Origin: a virus
Taxonomy: Duplodnaviria > Caudoviricetes
Strand: one strand, 5' to 3'
Virus record (IMG/VR): IMGVR_UViG_3300020045_004368
Location: 1-56,847 of that record
DNA length: 56,847 nucleotides
Of the stretch, positions 17,955-27,899 are shown piece by piece. Numbering within the stretch: the stretch's first letter is position 1; the number at the start of each line of letters is the position of its first letter. A program made the translations under genes and the position numbers. The notes beneath the pieces were generated by a model that was given only the letters and a program-made list of their open reading frames with translations, was not told the DNA's origin and made no database searches.

Positions 17955-19430
17955 ATGCCCAAAAAAGCATTGTCTCCAGACCCTCAAGCTATTATCCCTA
18001 GAATGAGTTTGGGGGAACAAGGTGTTCTAGGTCTGAAGACGATTAACAAACGGATTATGGAAGAGACCACAGCGGCCTTCCGTTATCCACAATTCATCCG
18101 CACCGTGAACGAGATGCGCAACAACCCCACAGTGGGTGCTGCCATGAACGTCTACCGGATGATGCTGTCCCGTGTACAGTGGGACGTTGAGGCACCCAAG
18201 GGAGCCTCTGCAAAAGATAAAGAGCGAGCAGACGCTGTTCGCACAATGATGCACGACATGGAGCACTCCTGGGGAGCGTTCATTGAGAGCATCATCCCAT
18301 ACCTTGAGTATGGCTTCGCTGTTAACGAGATTGTCCTGCGCCGTCGATTGACACGTAATGGCTCAAACTTCAATGACGGCCTCGTAGGCCTTAAGAAGCT
18401 GGCTCCACGTAGTCAGGACACAATCGCTGGCTGGGTGTTCTCCGATAACGGGGACGACCTCATTGCCGTTGAGCAGAGTCTGGAGAATGTCCCTAACGCC
18501 TACAGGTTTCAACGCAAGCTGAACGAGGTGGGTCGCTTGGAGATTGAGCGAGAGAAATTCTTGCTGTTCTCGGCCTCTGCTGCCAAGGGCAATCCTGAAG
18601 GTAATAGCATCTACAAGAACATCTACCTTGCATTCAAGCAGCTCACGCTGTTGCAAGACCAAGAGCTTGTCGGTATTGCCAAGGACGTTCAAGGCATCCT
18701 GAAGATTGCCATCCCGCCTCGCTACCTAGACCCCAACGCTTCCACGGAAGACAAGGCCGCTGTAGCTGCCTTCCAGACAATCATTGAGAACTACAACAGC
18801 GGCACACAGCGTGGTCTGCTTGTTCCCAACATGATTGATCCTGAGTCCAAGCTGCCGCTCTTCACATACGACTTGATGGAGAGCAAGGGCTCGGCCAAGT
18901 ATGACACAGAGAGTGTTATCCGCAGGCTGCAAGGGGACATCCTCTCAGCCCTGAACGTAGACATTCTACGGCTTGGCTCTGAGGGCTCCGGCAGCTTCTC
19001 GCTAGCTGAACAGAAAAGCAGCATCTTGGCGCTTGCCATCGACTACCGGTTGAAGGAAATTGCAGAGGTGCTCAATAGCCACCTCATGCGGACCATCTAC
19101 CGAATGAATGGCTGGAACACTGAGAGTATGGCCAAGTTTGTCTACGCAGATGTTGACGAAGCTAGCCTGGAAGACTTCGCTAAAGCTGTGCAGCGCATTA
19201 TGTCTGTCGGGGGTGTCGAGTGTGACAGAGCCCTGTTCAACAGGGTTCGTGGCGTGCTGGGTATTCCTCTGCTGCCAGAAGATCAAGAGGTTGACAGAGA
19301 CCTACTTCCAGCCAATATGACAGGGGCGTCGTCCAGGGCAGGGGACGGAATGAAGTCACCAACAGGGAACGGTACCAGCACAGACCCGTTTGGTGATGAA
19401 GACCCTAGCGTAGCTAACAAGGATAACTAA
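17955..19430 (+). CDS. portal protein
   Basis: 491 aa directly after TerL; YGFAVNEIV, GNPEGNSI and GSFSLAE motifs typical of phage portals. Confidence 0.85.
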   Translation: MPKKALSPDPQAIIPRMSLGEQGVLGLKTINKRIMEETTAAFRYPQFIRTVNEMRNNPTVGAAMNVYRMMLSRVQWDVEAPKGASAKDKERADAVRTMMHDMEHSWGAFIESIIPYLEYGFAVNEIVLRRRLTRNGSNFNDGLVGLKKLAPRSQDTIAGWVFSDNGDDLIAVEQSLENVPNAYRFQRKLNEVGRLEIEREKFLLFSASAAKGNPEGNSIYKNIYLAFKQLTLLQDQELVGIAKDVQGILKIAIPPRYLDPNASTEDKAAVAAFQTIIENYNSGTQRGLLVPNMIDPESKLPLFTYDLMESKGSAKYDTESVIRRLQGDILSALNVDILRLGSEGSGSFSLAEQKSSILALAIDYRLKEIAEVLNSHLMRTIYRMNGWNTESMAKFVYADVDEASLEDFAKAVQRIMSVGGVECDRALFNRVRGVLGIPLLPEDQEVDRDLLPANMTGASSRAGDGMKSPTGNGTSTDPFGDEDPSVANKDN

Positions 19431-20296
19431 TGAGCAACGCTCACTCTCTGGCGAGGCTGAAAGCCTCGCTTTATAACGTCCCACACGCCATCACACCTGA
19501 GAGTATGGCTGTAGTGCTCGACTACCTTGATTCGCGTGATAACGTGTTCACGCCAGCTTCTGAAGTGAGGCTCCCCAAGAACCCCCTCAGCAATATTGAG
19601 GGCGTTGAAATCGAAGACGATTACAGCATGGGGATTGGCCTGCTTGAAGTGCATGGAAGCCTCACCTACCGCCGCGTGGAAACAATGTGCGGAGAAGCTG
19701 GCTCCAGCTACCAAGACCTTGTGGAAGACACAATGGAAATGGCAGAAGCTGGGTGCTCCATCATTATCATGGAAGTGGCCTCTGGCGGTGGCATGTGCTC
19801 TCATTGCTTTGAGACAGCACGTGAGATTAGGGCCATCTGCGACTCCTACAACATCAAGCTGATTGGCTATGCCGACGAGCAAGCCTGTAGCGCCGCTTAC
19901 GCGCTCTTGTGCATCTGCGATGTGGTGGTGGCTAACCCTTCAGCAGAACTCGGCTCTATCGGCGTTCTAGTGGCCCTCATGGACACGTCTGAAGCCATGA
20001 AGCAGGCAGGCCTGAAGCGCATCTTCATCACATCAGGAACCAACAAGGTTCCATTCGCTGATGACGGCACATTCAAGAAGAGCTTCCTTGACGGCTTGCA
20101 GGCAGATGTTGACAGGCTCAATATGGAGTTTGCAGAACACGTCAGTCGCTACACAGGGCTTTCCACCGAAACAATCATGGGCTTTGAAGCTGACACGTTT
20201 GACGCTGTTAAAGCTGTCGAGCTTGGCCTTGCCAACTCTGTGATGACCAGCAAGGAATTCGCAGAATATATTATCCGAGTCAAAGGAACACAATGA
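19430..20296 (+). CDS. prohead protease (S49 family)
   Basis: SGGG, ACSAAY, GSIGV motifs. Confidence 0.88.
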   Translation: MSNAHSLARLKASLYNVPHAITPESMAVVLDYLDSRDNVFTPASEVRLPKNPLSNIEGVEIEDDYSMGIGLLEVHGSLTYRRVETMCGEAGSSYQDLVEDTMEMAEAGCSIIIMEVASGGGMCSHCFETAREIRAICDSYNIKLIGYADEQACSAAYALLCICDVVVANPSAELGSIGVLVALMDTSEAMKQAGLKRIFITSGTNKVPFADDGTFKKSFLDGLQADVDRLNMEFAEHVSRYTGLSTETIMGFEADTFDAVKAVELGLANSVMTSKEFAEYIIRVKGTQ

Positions 20297-20844
20297 AACA
20301 AAACTCAGTGCTGCAAAAGCTGCTGAATAAACTTGCTCCTGTACCTGAAGCCACTAAAGCTGAAGACATTGTGCAAGCCGCCACAGAGGAAGCTTCTGTT
20401 GAGCTTTCAACGCTGAAGGCCGAGCTGGAAGCTGGTAAGGCTGAAATCGCCACGCTGGCCTCAGCCCTTGAAACAGCTCTCGCTGCTGTGGCTGAAGCTG
20501 ATAGCAATGTCGCAGCCATGCAAGCCAAGATGCAAGAGTTCACAGCTCAAATTGAAGCTGAAAAGCTGCAAGCTGAAGCCAAGCGTCAGGAAGCCCGCAA
20601 AGCTGCTGTTGAAGCTGCTGTGGGTACAGCCAAGGCTGATGGCCTGATGGCCGCTACAGCCGCCCTTGATGACGCAGCTTTCCAAGCTGTTGTTGATGCG
20701 CTGTCGCTGTCTGTTGAAGCAGAAGCCAACAGTGCCATGTTTAATGAAGCCGGGGCGAGTGCCGAGGCTGACGTTGATGCAGCCGGCGAGTCTGCTGAGA
20801 TGAAGATTATCAAAGATCGCTACAAATCAAAAGGAACTAAATAA
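20293..20844 (+). CDS. putative scaffolding protein
   Basis: Ala/Glu-rich coiled coil between protease and head genes. Confidence 0.65.
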   Translation: MKQNSVLQKLLNKLAPVPEATKAEDIVQAATEEASVELSTLKAELEAGKAEIATLASALETALAAVAEADSNVAAMQAKMQEFTAQIEAEKLQAEAKRQEARKAAVEAAVGTAKADGLMAATAALDDAAFQAVVDALSLSVEAEANSAMFNEAGASAEADVDAAGESAEMKIIKDRYKSKGTK

Positions 20845-21248
20845 TGTCAGTTTTTGCTACCGAAGGCAAGCGCTTCAGCGCTGTGTTTAAGCATGAGTAT
20901 GATCCCGCAGTGGCCTACTGCCGTGAGAGCGTCACCCTGAACGATACCACCAACCTGTCGCTGACAGTGGGTGCTGTGCTCGGCAAGGTGACTGCCACGG
21001 GCAAGTACAAGCTGTCGCTGTCGGCTGCTTCAGACGGCTCACAAACCCCTGCCGCCATTCTGATGGGCGGTGTGGATGGCAGCGATTCGCTGACGCTGGT
21101 GAGCGGTACAGATGCCAAGGCTGTCGTGGCTGTTCGTGGCCCCGTCATTGTTGCTGGTGAAGCCCTCACCATCGGCACAGGCCACACCATTGCTACCGTC
21201 AAGGCCGCTCTGCTGGCTGCTGGCGTGCTGGTGGAAACGTCACTGTAA
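20844..21248 (+). CDS. head decoration protein
   Basis: GAVLGKVTATGKY...DGSQTPAAIL motif of lambda gpD-like decoration proteins; precedes MCP. Confidence 0.82.
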   Translation: MSVFATEGKRFSAVFKHEYDPAVAYCRESVTLNDTTNLSLTVGAVLGKVTATGKYKLSLSAASDGSQTPAAILMGGVDGSDSLTLVSGTDAKAVVAVRGPVIVAGEALTIGTGHTIATVKAALLAAGVLVETSL

Positions 21249-21296
21249 TAATTTAAGGGGAGGCACAGCCTCCCTGATAAACAAGGAAATAATAAA

Positions 21297-22310
21297 ATGG
21301 CTATTACCCGCTCATTTACCGACTCGTTTGCCGTTGTTGACTATACGGAAGAACTGGTCAACATCCCCAACCAATGGGGCACCATCGGCCAACTCGGCCT
21401 GTTCCAAGAAGAGCCCGTGGCTGAGCACGTTGTCGTGTTCGAAGAAATCACCAAGGATGGTGCCCTGATTGTTGACCGTGTGCGCGGCGACCGTGGCTCT
21501 GTCGGCAAGGATGCTTCACGCAAGCTGCACACCTTCGCTGTCCCCCACTTCCCGTATGACGACTACATCAGCCCCCAAGATGTCCAAGGCAAGCGTGCCT
21601 ATGGCTCTGACCAAGCTGAGACTCTGGAAGCTGTGCGTGTCCGCAAGCTGGAGCGCATTCGTCAAAACCACGCGTGGACTCTGGAGTTTGCCCGTGCTCA
21701 GGCCATCACCAGCGCCACGGTGTACTCACCCAACGGCACTGTGAGCCAAAACTGGAACACCGAGTTCGGCGTCACCCGCGTGTCTGTGGACTTCGCTCTG
21801 GGCACCGGCACCACGGAAGTTCTGGCTAAGATTGAAGCTGGCATTGCCCAGATCCAAGACAATGCCTTTGGCACGCAAATCTCTGGCACCGTTGTGCTGG
21901 CGTCGCCTGAGTTCTTCGCTAAGCTGATTTCGCACGCGTCAATCAAGACAGCCTATCAGTATTACATGAGCACACAGGAGCCGCTGCGCCAACGCCTGGG
22001 TGGCGCTAACGCCCTGCATCGTCGCTTCGAGTTCGGTGGCACCACGTTCATTGAAATGCGTGACACATACGCTGGTCAGCGCCTCATCACTGCTGGTGAA
22101 GCCTTCATGGTTCCGCTGGGCACCGATGCGTTCCGTACGTACTTCTCGCCTGCCAACCGTTTCGGTCTGGTGAACACCCTGGGCGAACAAGCTTACGTCT
22201 TCGAAACTGCTGACCCCAAGGGCACGAAGATTGAGATTGAATCGGAGTCCAACTTCGTTAACGCTCTGCTGCGCCCTGCGCTGGTTGTGCGTATGTTCTC
22301 CAGCAACTAA
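21297..22310 (+). CDS. major capsid protein (lambda gpE-like)
   Basis: 337 aa, strongly biased codons; F.VPHFP.DD.I.PQDVQG.R and IESESN...L.RP patterns. Confidence 0.88.
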   Translation: MAITRSFTDSFAVVDYTEELVNIPNQWGTIGQLGLFQEEPVAEHVVVFEEITKDGALIVDRVRGDRGSVGKDASRKLHTFAVPHFPYDDYISPQDVQGKRAYGSDQAETLEAVRVRKLERIRQNHAWTLEFARAQAITSATVYSPNGTVSQNWNTEFGVTRVSVDFALGTGTTEVLAKIEAGIAQIQDNAFGTQISGTVVLASPEFFAKLISHASIKTAYQYYMSTQEPLRQRLGGANALHRRFEFGGTTFIEMRDTYAGQRLITAGEAFMVPLGTDAFRTYFSPANRFGLVNTLGEQAYVFETADPKGTKIEIESESNFVNALLRPALVVRMFSSN

Positions 22311-22328
22311 TCTTAGGATTAGCGCCCA

Positions 22329-22358
22329 AGGGCCTCTCCAGCAGGGGAGGCCCTTTTT
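22329..22358 (+). terminator. intrinsic terminator after MCP
   Basis: GGGCCTCTCC-AGCAG-GGGAGGCCC-TTTTT. Confidence 0.75.
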
Positions 22359-22377
22359 GCTTATAGAGGGAGGACAT

Positions 22378-22752
22378 ATGGCAACGATTGACCCAACGAC
22401 AGCTATCGGCAAGGTGAGGCTCCGCACAGGCGACTGGAGAGATTTGCAGCTTCTGAGCGATGCTGTGGTGCAAAGCGCTTTGACAGAGTGTGAGAATAAC
22501 ATTCCAAGGGCTTCTGCATTGTGTGCCCAATATATTCTTGGATTGCTGTCTGCAAGGACACACAGGAAGCTAGCACAGATTGAGACATGGGGAAATGAAC
22601 AGTTCGAGCAATACGTTCAATTCTTGCAAATGACCATTCTCAATCCCAATTTGATGACTATCAGCCCAATCCCGTACAGCCCTGGAACAGACACAGATCA
22701 TCCGCTGCTGGCTTTTGTGGCTGATTGGAACTCCACCTACTGCCAGTCTTGA
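22378..22752 (+). CDS. putative head-tail adaptor
   Basis: VRLRTGD...LLSD..V N-terminus; position after MCP; GGAGG RBS. Confidence 0.65.
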   Translation: MATIDPTTAIGKVRLRTGDWRDLQLLSDAVVQSALTECENNIPRASALCAQYILGLLSARTHRKLAQIETWGNEQFEQYVQFLQMTILNPNLMTISPIPYSPGTDTDHPLLAFVADWNSTYCQS

Positions 22753-22754
22753 TT

Positions 22755-23138
22755 ATGGATGATTTTGACGAAGTAGTGGTAGCCATGATGGATGATTATG
22801 GCACAGAGGCGATCTACCAAAAGAGTATCCAAGGGGCCTACAACCCGGAGACGGGCATGAGCATCTCCACCACGCAGCAGAGCATCAAGGCCATTCTGAT
22901 GGACCTCACATTGCAGAGCAATGGCTATAGCGTCAAGTGGGGGACAATGGTGCAAGCAGGGGACAAGGAAATCTACGTGCAGCCACCTGAGCGTATTGAC
23001 CACCACCCAGCGCTCGTCATTGACCCAGCCACAGACGCAATTGTGGTGGCTGGCGTGACGTACAAGGTAGTGACCCACAAAACGGTGAACCCAACAGGCG
23101 CTCACAACATTGTTCACACATTCTACGTGAGACGTTGA
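22755..23138 (+). CDS. putative head closure protein
   Basis: G.YNPETG...VQAGDK...YKVV pattern and position. Confidence 0.6.
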   Translation: MDDFDEVVVAMMDDYGTEAIYQKSIQGAYNPETGMSISTTQQSIKAILMDLTLQSNGYSVKWGTMVQAGDKEIYVQPPERIDHHPALVIDPATDAIVVAGVTYKVVTHKTVNPTGAHNIVHTFYVRR

Positions 23139-23482
23139 TGCAGCAGAAAAAGACAGACCTTCCGAATAGCATCTACCTACCGCATGTGGTGGCTGAGACG
23201 TTCAGCCCTTCAGGGCTTACAACGAAGATTGAAGTGGACACGACAAGTTCTGTACCGCAGGCCGTTATGCAAGGTGGGGTTGTGAGGTTCAGTAATTCAT
23301 CAAATCACCCTATAGCTATTGCATTCGGTAACAGCAGTGTTGTGGCTGAGGAAGCAACAGCTTTCGATATTCTCCCAAATACAGCAGAGCTTGTTACAGT
23401 GCCGAATGGTTCCACCCATTTTGCTGCTATTGTAAGCACAGGCGTACATACATTGAAATACACTGTCGTCAAGGCGACGTAA
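23135..23482 (+). CDS. hypothetical beta-rich virion-associated protein
   Basis: 115-aa ORF inside neck module. Confidence 0.55.
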   Translation: MMQQKKTDLPNSIYLPHVVAETFSPSGLTTKIEVDTTSSVPQAVMQGGVVRFSNSSNHPIAIAFGNSSVVAEEATAFDILPNTAELVTVPNGSTHFAAIVSTGVHTLKYTVVKAT

Positions 23483-23505
23483 GAGACACCACCCTCTCTC
23501 TCAAA

Positions 23506-23534
23506 TTGACCCTCCATTCCGTACATGTTATAAT
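23506..23534 (+). promoter_or_regulatory. sigma70-like promoter
   Basis: TTGACC-17 nt-TATAAT with TG extension. Confidence 0.7.
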
Positions 23535-23556
23535 ACCCGCCAATAAAGGAGCCTGA

Positions 23557-23988
23557 ATGGGAGTGTTTGCTGACAGCGTAAGAGATAGCGGAAGGCGAGC
23601 CCTTCTAGCTACCAATGATAAGGTGAATCAAATAGCTTATGAGCTGTTCACTAGCGTCATCAAGCTAACCCCCTCCCCCTCACACCCTGGCAAATTTGCT
23701 GAAGGCCATCTGGCTAACCAATGGTACGTAGAGTATGGTGGGTTCAGTGATGAGCTGTCCAGCGCTACATCGCCCAACGGAGCTGACAGCTTGGCTAGAG
23801 CCTCTGCTGTACGGACAGGCAAAGCATTTCTAGGCAAGGACGGCTCTGTCAGTCTGACAAACAATCTAAGCTACGCGTACAGAGCAGAAGCCCTTGGCTG
23901 GCCTGAAGCTGATGGCTGGGCTGGTGTGACAGGCCCCTACAGAATGGTAGGCACAAGCCTTCAGTATGTAGCCGCCAAATACAAGTGA
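23557..23988 (+). CDS. neck/tail completion protein (HK97 gp10-like)
   Basis: TP...G...NQW and LTNNLSYAYRAEALGW...P.RMV motifs. Confidence 0.7.
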   Translation: MGVFADSVRDSGRRALLATNDKVNQIAYELFTSVIKLTPSPSHPGKFAEGHLANQWYVEYGGFSDELSSATSPNGADSLARASAVRTGKAFLGKDGSVSLTNNLSYAYRAEALGWPEADGWAGVTGPYRMVGTSLQYVAAKYK

Positions 23989-23995
23989 GAAGACA

Positions 23996-24394
23996 ATGAA
24001 CAACATTCGAGCCTTCATGGAAGGCAAGCTTAGTGCATGGGCAAGTCAGCAATCTCCTGTCGTGCCTGTGGCCTACCAGAATGTAGCTTTCAATAAGCCT
24101 GCTGGCTCTAAGTTTGTTGAGTGCTTCTTGCTGCCTAACACAACCATTCAGAACGAGGTGGCAGGCAAGCGAGCAACAATGCTTGGCCTGTTCCAAGTGA
24201 ATTGTTGGGCACCCAAAGGGAATGGCATGCAACAAGCTGAGGCTATGGCTTACAGCATTGTCTCAGCTTTCCCAATGCTACCAAAGCTAGCTGTGAGCAT
24301 TGAAGCTACGCCTTCCATTGGCAAAGCTATTCTGGATGACAGTGGCTGGGTTATTGTCCCTGTCGTCATCAAATACCGCTACGAATCCTCGTAG
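23996..24394 (+). CDS. tail terminator protein
   Basis: VAYQNVAF.KP...GLFQVN...PKG.G...VPV.I.YR pattern. Confidence 0.72.
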   Translation: MNNIRAFMEGKLSAWASQQSPVVPVAYQNVAFNKPAGSKFVECFLLPNTTIQNEVAGKRATMLGLFQVNCWAPKGNGMQQAEAMAYSIVSAFPMLPKLAVSIEATPSIGKAILDDSGWVIVPVVIKYRYESS

Positions 24395-24414
24395 ACCATC
24401 CTAAAGGAAAATAC

Positions 24415-24771
24415 ATGGCTGTCATCGCCCTCACCACTGGCGTTACGTCTGCCTCAACGGCAATCAACGTCACTCGCACAACCCTTACAGCTTCAGACAC
24501 GCTGACGTTCCAACGCGGCGCTTCGCAGATTCTGAGCCTGTTCAACTCTACAGCATCGCCCGTTGTGGTTACGCTGACAGGCACAGCGCCTGCCACGCTC
24601 ACCCCTGATGGCTATGGCGGCTCTCTCGCTACAACAGGCGGCAAGGCCATCACAGTGCCTGCCAGCGGCCTCACCATCATCAATCTGGATGACATCTGGG
24701 CGTTCCTGTCAGGCACGGGCTCCGTCACTGTCACAGGTGGCACGGGCGTCATTGCTTCGCTGCACATCTAA
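24415..24771 (+). CDS. Thr/Ser/Gly-rich virion protein
   Basis: 118 aa, AAGGA RBS, upstream of tail tube. Confidence 0.6.
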   Translation: MAVIALTTGVTSASTAINVTRTTLTASDTLTFQRGASQILSLFNSTASPVVVTLTGTAPATLTPDGYGGSLATTGGKAITVPASGLTIINLDDIWAFLSGTGSVTVTGGTGVIASLHI

Positions 24772-24798
24772 TATCAACACAATCAATAAGGAATATTC

Positions 24799-25239
24799 AT
24801 GGCTGTCATGACCTCCGCTGGCTCAACGCTGGCACTCTCCGCTGCGGCTCCTGCCACAATCGATGCTGCCGGCTTCGGCGCTCTGACATACACAACAGTG
24901 GGTGAAATCACCGACCTGGGTGAAGTGGGTAAGGAATACAACGTCGTCAACCATTCACCCCTGGGCGACCGTCGTATCCGTAAGTTCAAGGGCTCCTACA
25001 ACAACGGCTCAATGCAGATCCAAATGGGTCGTGACGTTGACGATGCTGGTCAAACGCTGCTGCGTGCTGCTCTTGATTCGGACGCCAACTACTCGTTTAA
25101 GCTGACCCTGCAGAATGGCCGGAAAATGTTTTTCCAGGCACAGACGACGGCGTACAAAACTAGCATCGGCTCCGTTGACCAGATCACATCAGCTTCCACC
25201 ACCATTGAAGTGGTGTCTGAAATCGTCGAAGTGGCGTAA
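24799..25239 (+). CDS. major tail tube protein
   Basis: VGEITDLGE.G...KFKGSYN.G...DAGQ.LL siphovirus tube pattern. Confidence 0.8.
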   Translation: MAVMTSAGSTLALSAAAPATIDAAGFGALTYTTVGEITDLGEVGKEYNVVNHSPLGDRRIRKFKGSYNNGSMQIQMGRDVDDAGQTLLRAALDSDANYSFKLTLQNGRKMFFQAQTTAYKTSIGSVDQITSASTTIEVVSEIVEVA

Positions 25240-25389
25240 AGCTGCTGGCCCTCGCAAGAGGGCTTTCTCAATAAACTCTGCATACGCCCATGGTTTATTG
25301 AGAAAGCCGTCAAGGTAGCCTATCGGTCAGAGCTTCCCTGCATGACGCAGCAAACACCGGCCTAGCCCGGAAACAATCGGAGAAACAAT

Positions 25390-25809
25390 ATGAGTGAACA
25401 ATTGGTCCCGCTGTGGGGTGTAGTCAACAAGGAAACTGAAGCGCTGGAAGGTGTCACATACCTTGGAGGTGGTGCCGAGAAGTATGGCGTGACGCAGAAT
25501 GCTGGCGACTTTGCTTCAGCGTCTGCCATGGAGACAGCGTACCCGGCAGCAGCCAATGCGGGCAAGACGGCGACGGCCGGAGGCGTGGCTTATGTAGCCT
25601 CGGGCGGAATCTGGTCCCCGGTGTCAGGGGGGCCGATCACGGAGGCTCAAGCTATCAGCGGCTCGCTGGCGGGCGTTGCCATCGGCGAGGTTCGCACGTT
25701 GAGCAGCGGGGCGAACACCGGCACGCAGGTGCGTTGGTTTCAACCCATTGGCTTCTCGGCACCGGCTTGGTGCTGGGACGTCTATCCCCAATCAAAGTAC
25801 GAAGGTTAA
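25390..25809 (+). CDS. hypothetical protein
   Basis: 139 aa, GGAG RBS; inserted between tube and chaperone genes. Confidence 0.65.
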   Translation: MSEQLVPLWGVVNKETEALEGVTYLGGGAEKYGVTQNAGDFASASAMETAYPAAANAGKTATAGGVAYVASGGIWSPVSGGPITEAQAISGSLAGVAIGEVRTLSSGANTGTQVRWFQPIGFSAPAWCWDVYPQSKYEG

Positions 25810-25812
25810 ATC

Positions 25813-26910
25813 ATGGGACTCCCCGTAAATCAACGATTCACGATCGACCAAATCCTCCATATCGAGGGTGAAAACAGGTCTTTGCAGATAACCGGCTCGA
25901 GCATGTCAATTGCTACGGGCAGCGTAAATACCGGGGTATCGCTGCCCAATCTCCCGCCTAATCGTTGTGTTTTCGTTGAATCAATAACGGTCCATGCAAA
26001 TTTCTACTCTCGGGCGCAAATTAATTGGGGGGCCGGCATCAGGTCTGATGCAGCAAACTACCCGTATATCTACGTAAACACCGCGCCAGGGGTGACGACC
26101 GTAATCCCGATTCGCAGATTCATGCGGCAAGCTGAAATGGCCTACGGCATGATCGGCATCAATGTCCGCCAACTTCTTAACGCGGACGGGTCTGCTGCGA
26201 CAACTGCAATTACGGCGACCGGTAATCTTTCGCTTTCTGTCAGCGGGTACGTGATGTATGACGACCTGAACTTTTCAGCAGACAAAATCATCTTCTTCAA
26301 CGGTGATTCGATTTTCAACGGGACGGGCCGCACGAAAAAGTACGACATGTATGACTGGATGATCCGGAACTTCTACTCCGAAGCTGGCCAGAGCGTCCGG
26401 GCAACGATGTTTGCGGCAAGCGGATCGAATTCCAGTGAACACGAGGCATGGCGCTACGCCGGCATGTTTGATCGACCTCAGATTGATCTGTGGGTCTACG
26501 AACCCATGGTGAATGACGCTGTGCAGCTCGTCTCCGCTGCGGTGTATGGGTCGAATCTGCAAAAGGCGATTGACTACAAGAAGGCCAGATATCCGCGAGC
26601 AAAAATGCTGGTGCTTGGCTGCCATCCACTGCAACACGCGCCCAGCGAGGCCCAGGCCGTGCTGCTCAGGGTGGAAGCAGCGTCACGCGTCACTACAGCC
26701 GCGGACTCATTGGTCAAATTCTGTGACCTCGGGCAGCTCGGTACGACGTTCTCGACCAACAACGCCAACTACGCAGCGTCGGATGGTGTCGGGACAGGCA
26801 TCCATACCACTGCGCAGGGTGACGCTTTCATTTTCAACGGCAACATCTCCGCAGGCGGTGCGTTCAGTGGGATCAAGGCCTTCCTGACGGCTAACCTGCC
26901 GACCATCTAA
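25813..26910 (+). CDS. SGNH/GDSL-like hydrolase domain protein
   Basis: FNGDSIFNG (block I), ASGSNS, MVND, DG...IHTT..G (block V). Confidence 0.7.
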   Translation: MGLPVNQRFTIDQILHIEGENRSLQITGSSMSIATGSVNTGVSLPNLPPNRCVFVESITVHANFYSRAQINWGAGIRSDAANYPYIYVNTAPGVTTVIPIRRFMRQAEMAYGMIGINVRQLLNADGSAATTAITATGNLSLSVSGYVMYDDLNFSADKIIFFNGDSIFNGTGRTKKYDMYDWMIRNFYSEAGQSVRATMFAASGSNSSEHEAWRYAGMFDRPQIDLWVYEPMVNDAVQLVSAAVYGSNLQKAIDYKKARYPRAKMLVLGCHPLQHAPSEAQAVLLRVEAASRVTTAADSLVKFCDLGQLGTTFSTNNANYAASDGVGTGIHTTAQGDAFIFNGNISAGGAFSGIKAFLTANLPTI

Positions 26911-26955
26911 GCCCCTGCCGGTGAACATTGAGAAAGGGCAAGCCCTTTCTCAACA

Positions 26956-26983
26956 TTGACTTCCCCTCCCCATAAAGTATAAT
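26956..26983 (+). promoter_or_regulatory. sigma70-like promoter for tail chaperone/TMP genes
   Basis: TTGACT-16 nt-TATAAT just after hairpin 26928-26953. Confidence 0.65.
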
Positions 26984-27024
26984 CAAGCCTTGCCCACAAG
27001 GCTCCACAACATAAGGAATAAAGA

Positions 27025-27429
27025 ATGTTTGACATCAATACCCTGGCCCTCAAGGACACCTTCGAACTGCAGCTCACTCACCCTGTGTCTGGCGAGCTTC
27101 TGTTTGCTGATGAAGAGCGTACAAAGCCTGTCACCATCACGCTGTACGGTTCATCCTCAAAGCAATACCGCAATGCTCTTACGGCCATGCAAAACCGTCA
27201 GATCAAGCGCAGCTCTACCAAGAAGCAAGCCTCTGCTGAAGTGATGCGTGAAGAGAGCACAGAGCTGCTGGTGGCTTGTGCAGCCACTTCCAAGGAACTG
27301 ACCCTCAACGGCAAGCCTGTCAAGGCTGAAGCTGACTTTCGTGAGCTGTTCTCTGACACTCAATACTCATGGGTGCGTGACCAAGTGGACACAGCTCTTG
27401 GAGATACAGCCAATTTTTTGGCTCAGTAA
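27025..27429 (+). CDS. tail assembly chaperone (gpG-like)
   Basis: LQLTHPVSGE...ITLYG..S..YR...W...QV....D..NF; upstream of TMP. Confidence 0.8.
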   Translation: MFDINTLALKDTFELQLTHPVSGELLFADEERTKPVTITLYGSSSKQYRNALTAMQNRQIKRSSTKKQASAEVMREESTELLVACAATSKELTLNGKPVKAEADFRELFSDTQYSWVRDQVDTALGDTANFLAQ

Positions 27430-27899
27430 GTCAATGTTTGAAATTGTATGTAAGCCATCTCGGGTGGCTTCATGCAATCCCTGAAGGCGGGAAGAAATCC
27501 CGCTTAGCGACCTTTAAAGCCGTAGACGAGGAGCATCCCTCTCTGAAGCTCCCAGATATTGAGGAGCATTCAGCAGGCTACATTATTGGATTGCTGTACG
27601 AAGCGGGCCTCATGTCTACAAGCGGCATGGGGCCCGTTCCGCTTTCATGGGTAGAAATTGAACATTGGCTTCGTTGTACAGACAGAGAGCTTTCTTTATG
27701 GGAGAAGCTCATGGTGAAACAGCTCAGCGATGAGTATGTGAACGAGCTTTCCCTGGCTACGGACAGGCTTCGCCCAGCCCCTTACAGCCATGTAGTGGTG
27801 GATGAGATTGACAGGGACGCTGTTGCTTCCAAGATTATGGCTATTTTCGGTGGGCTTAAGAAGGCCCCTCCCTCTGAAGAACAAAAGGACACATTGTGA
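27414..27899 (+). CDS. tail assembly chaperone frameshift extension (gpT-like) via -1 slip at T TTT TTG
   Basis: Heptamer 27414-27420; the -1 frame is open from 27417 into ORF 27438-27899 (PLSWVEI..W motif). Confidence 0.75.
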   Translation, partial: FFGSVSQCLKLYVSHLGWLHAIPEGGKKSRLATFKAVDEEHPSLKLPDIEEHSAGYIIGLLYEAGLMSTSGMGPVPLSWVEIEHWLRCTDRELSLWEKLMVKQLSDEYVNELSLATDRLRPAPYSHVVVDEIDRDAVASKIMAIFGGLKKAPPSEEQKDTL

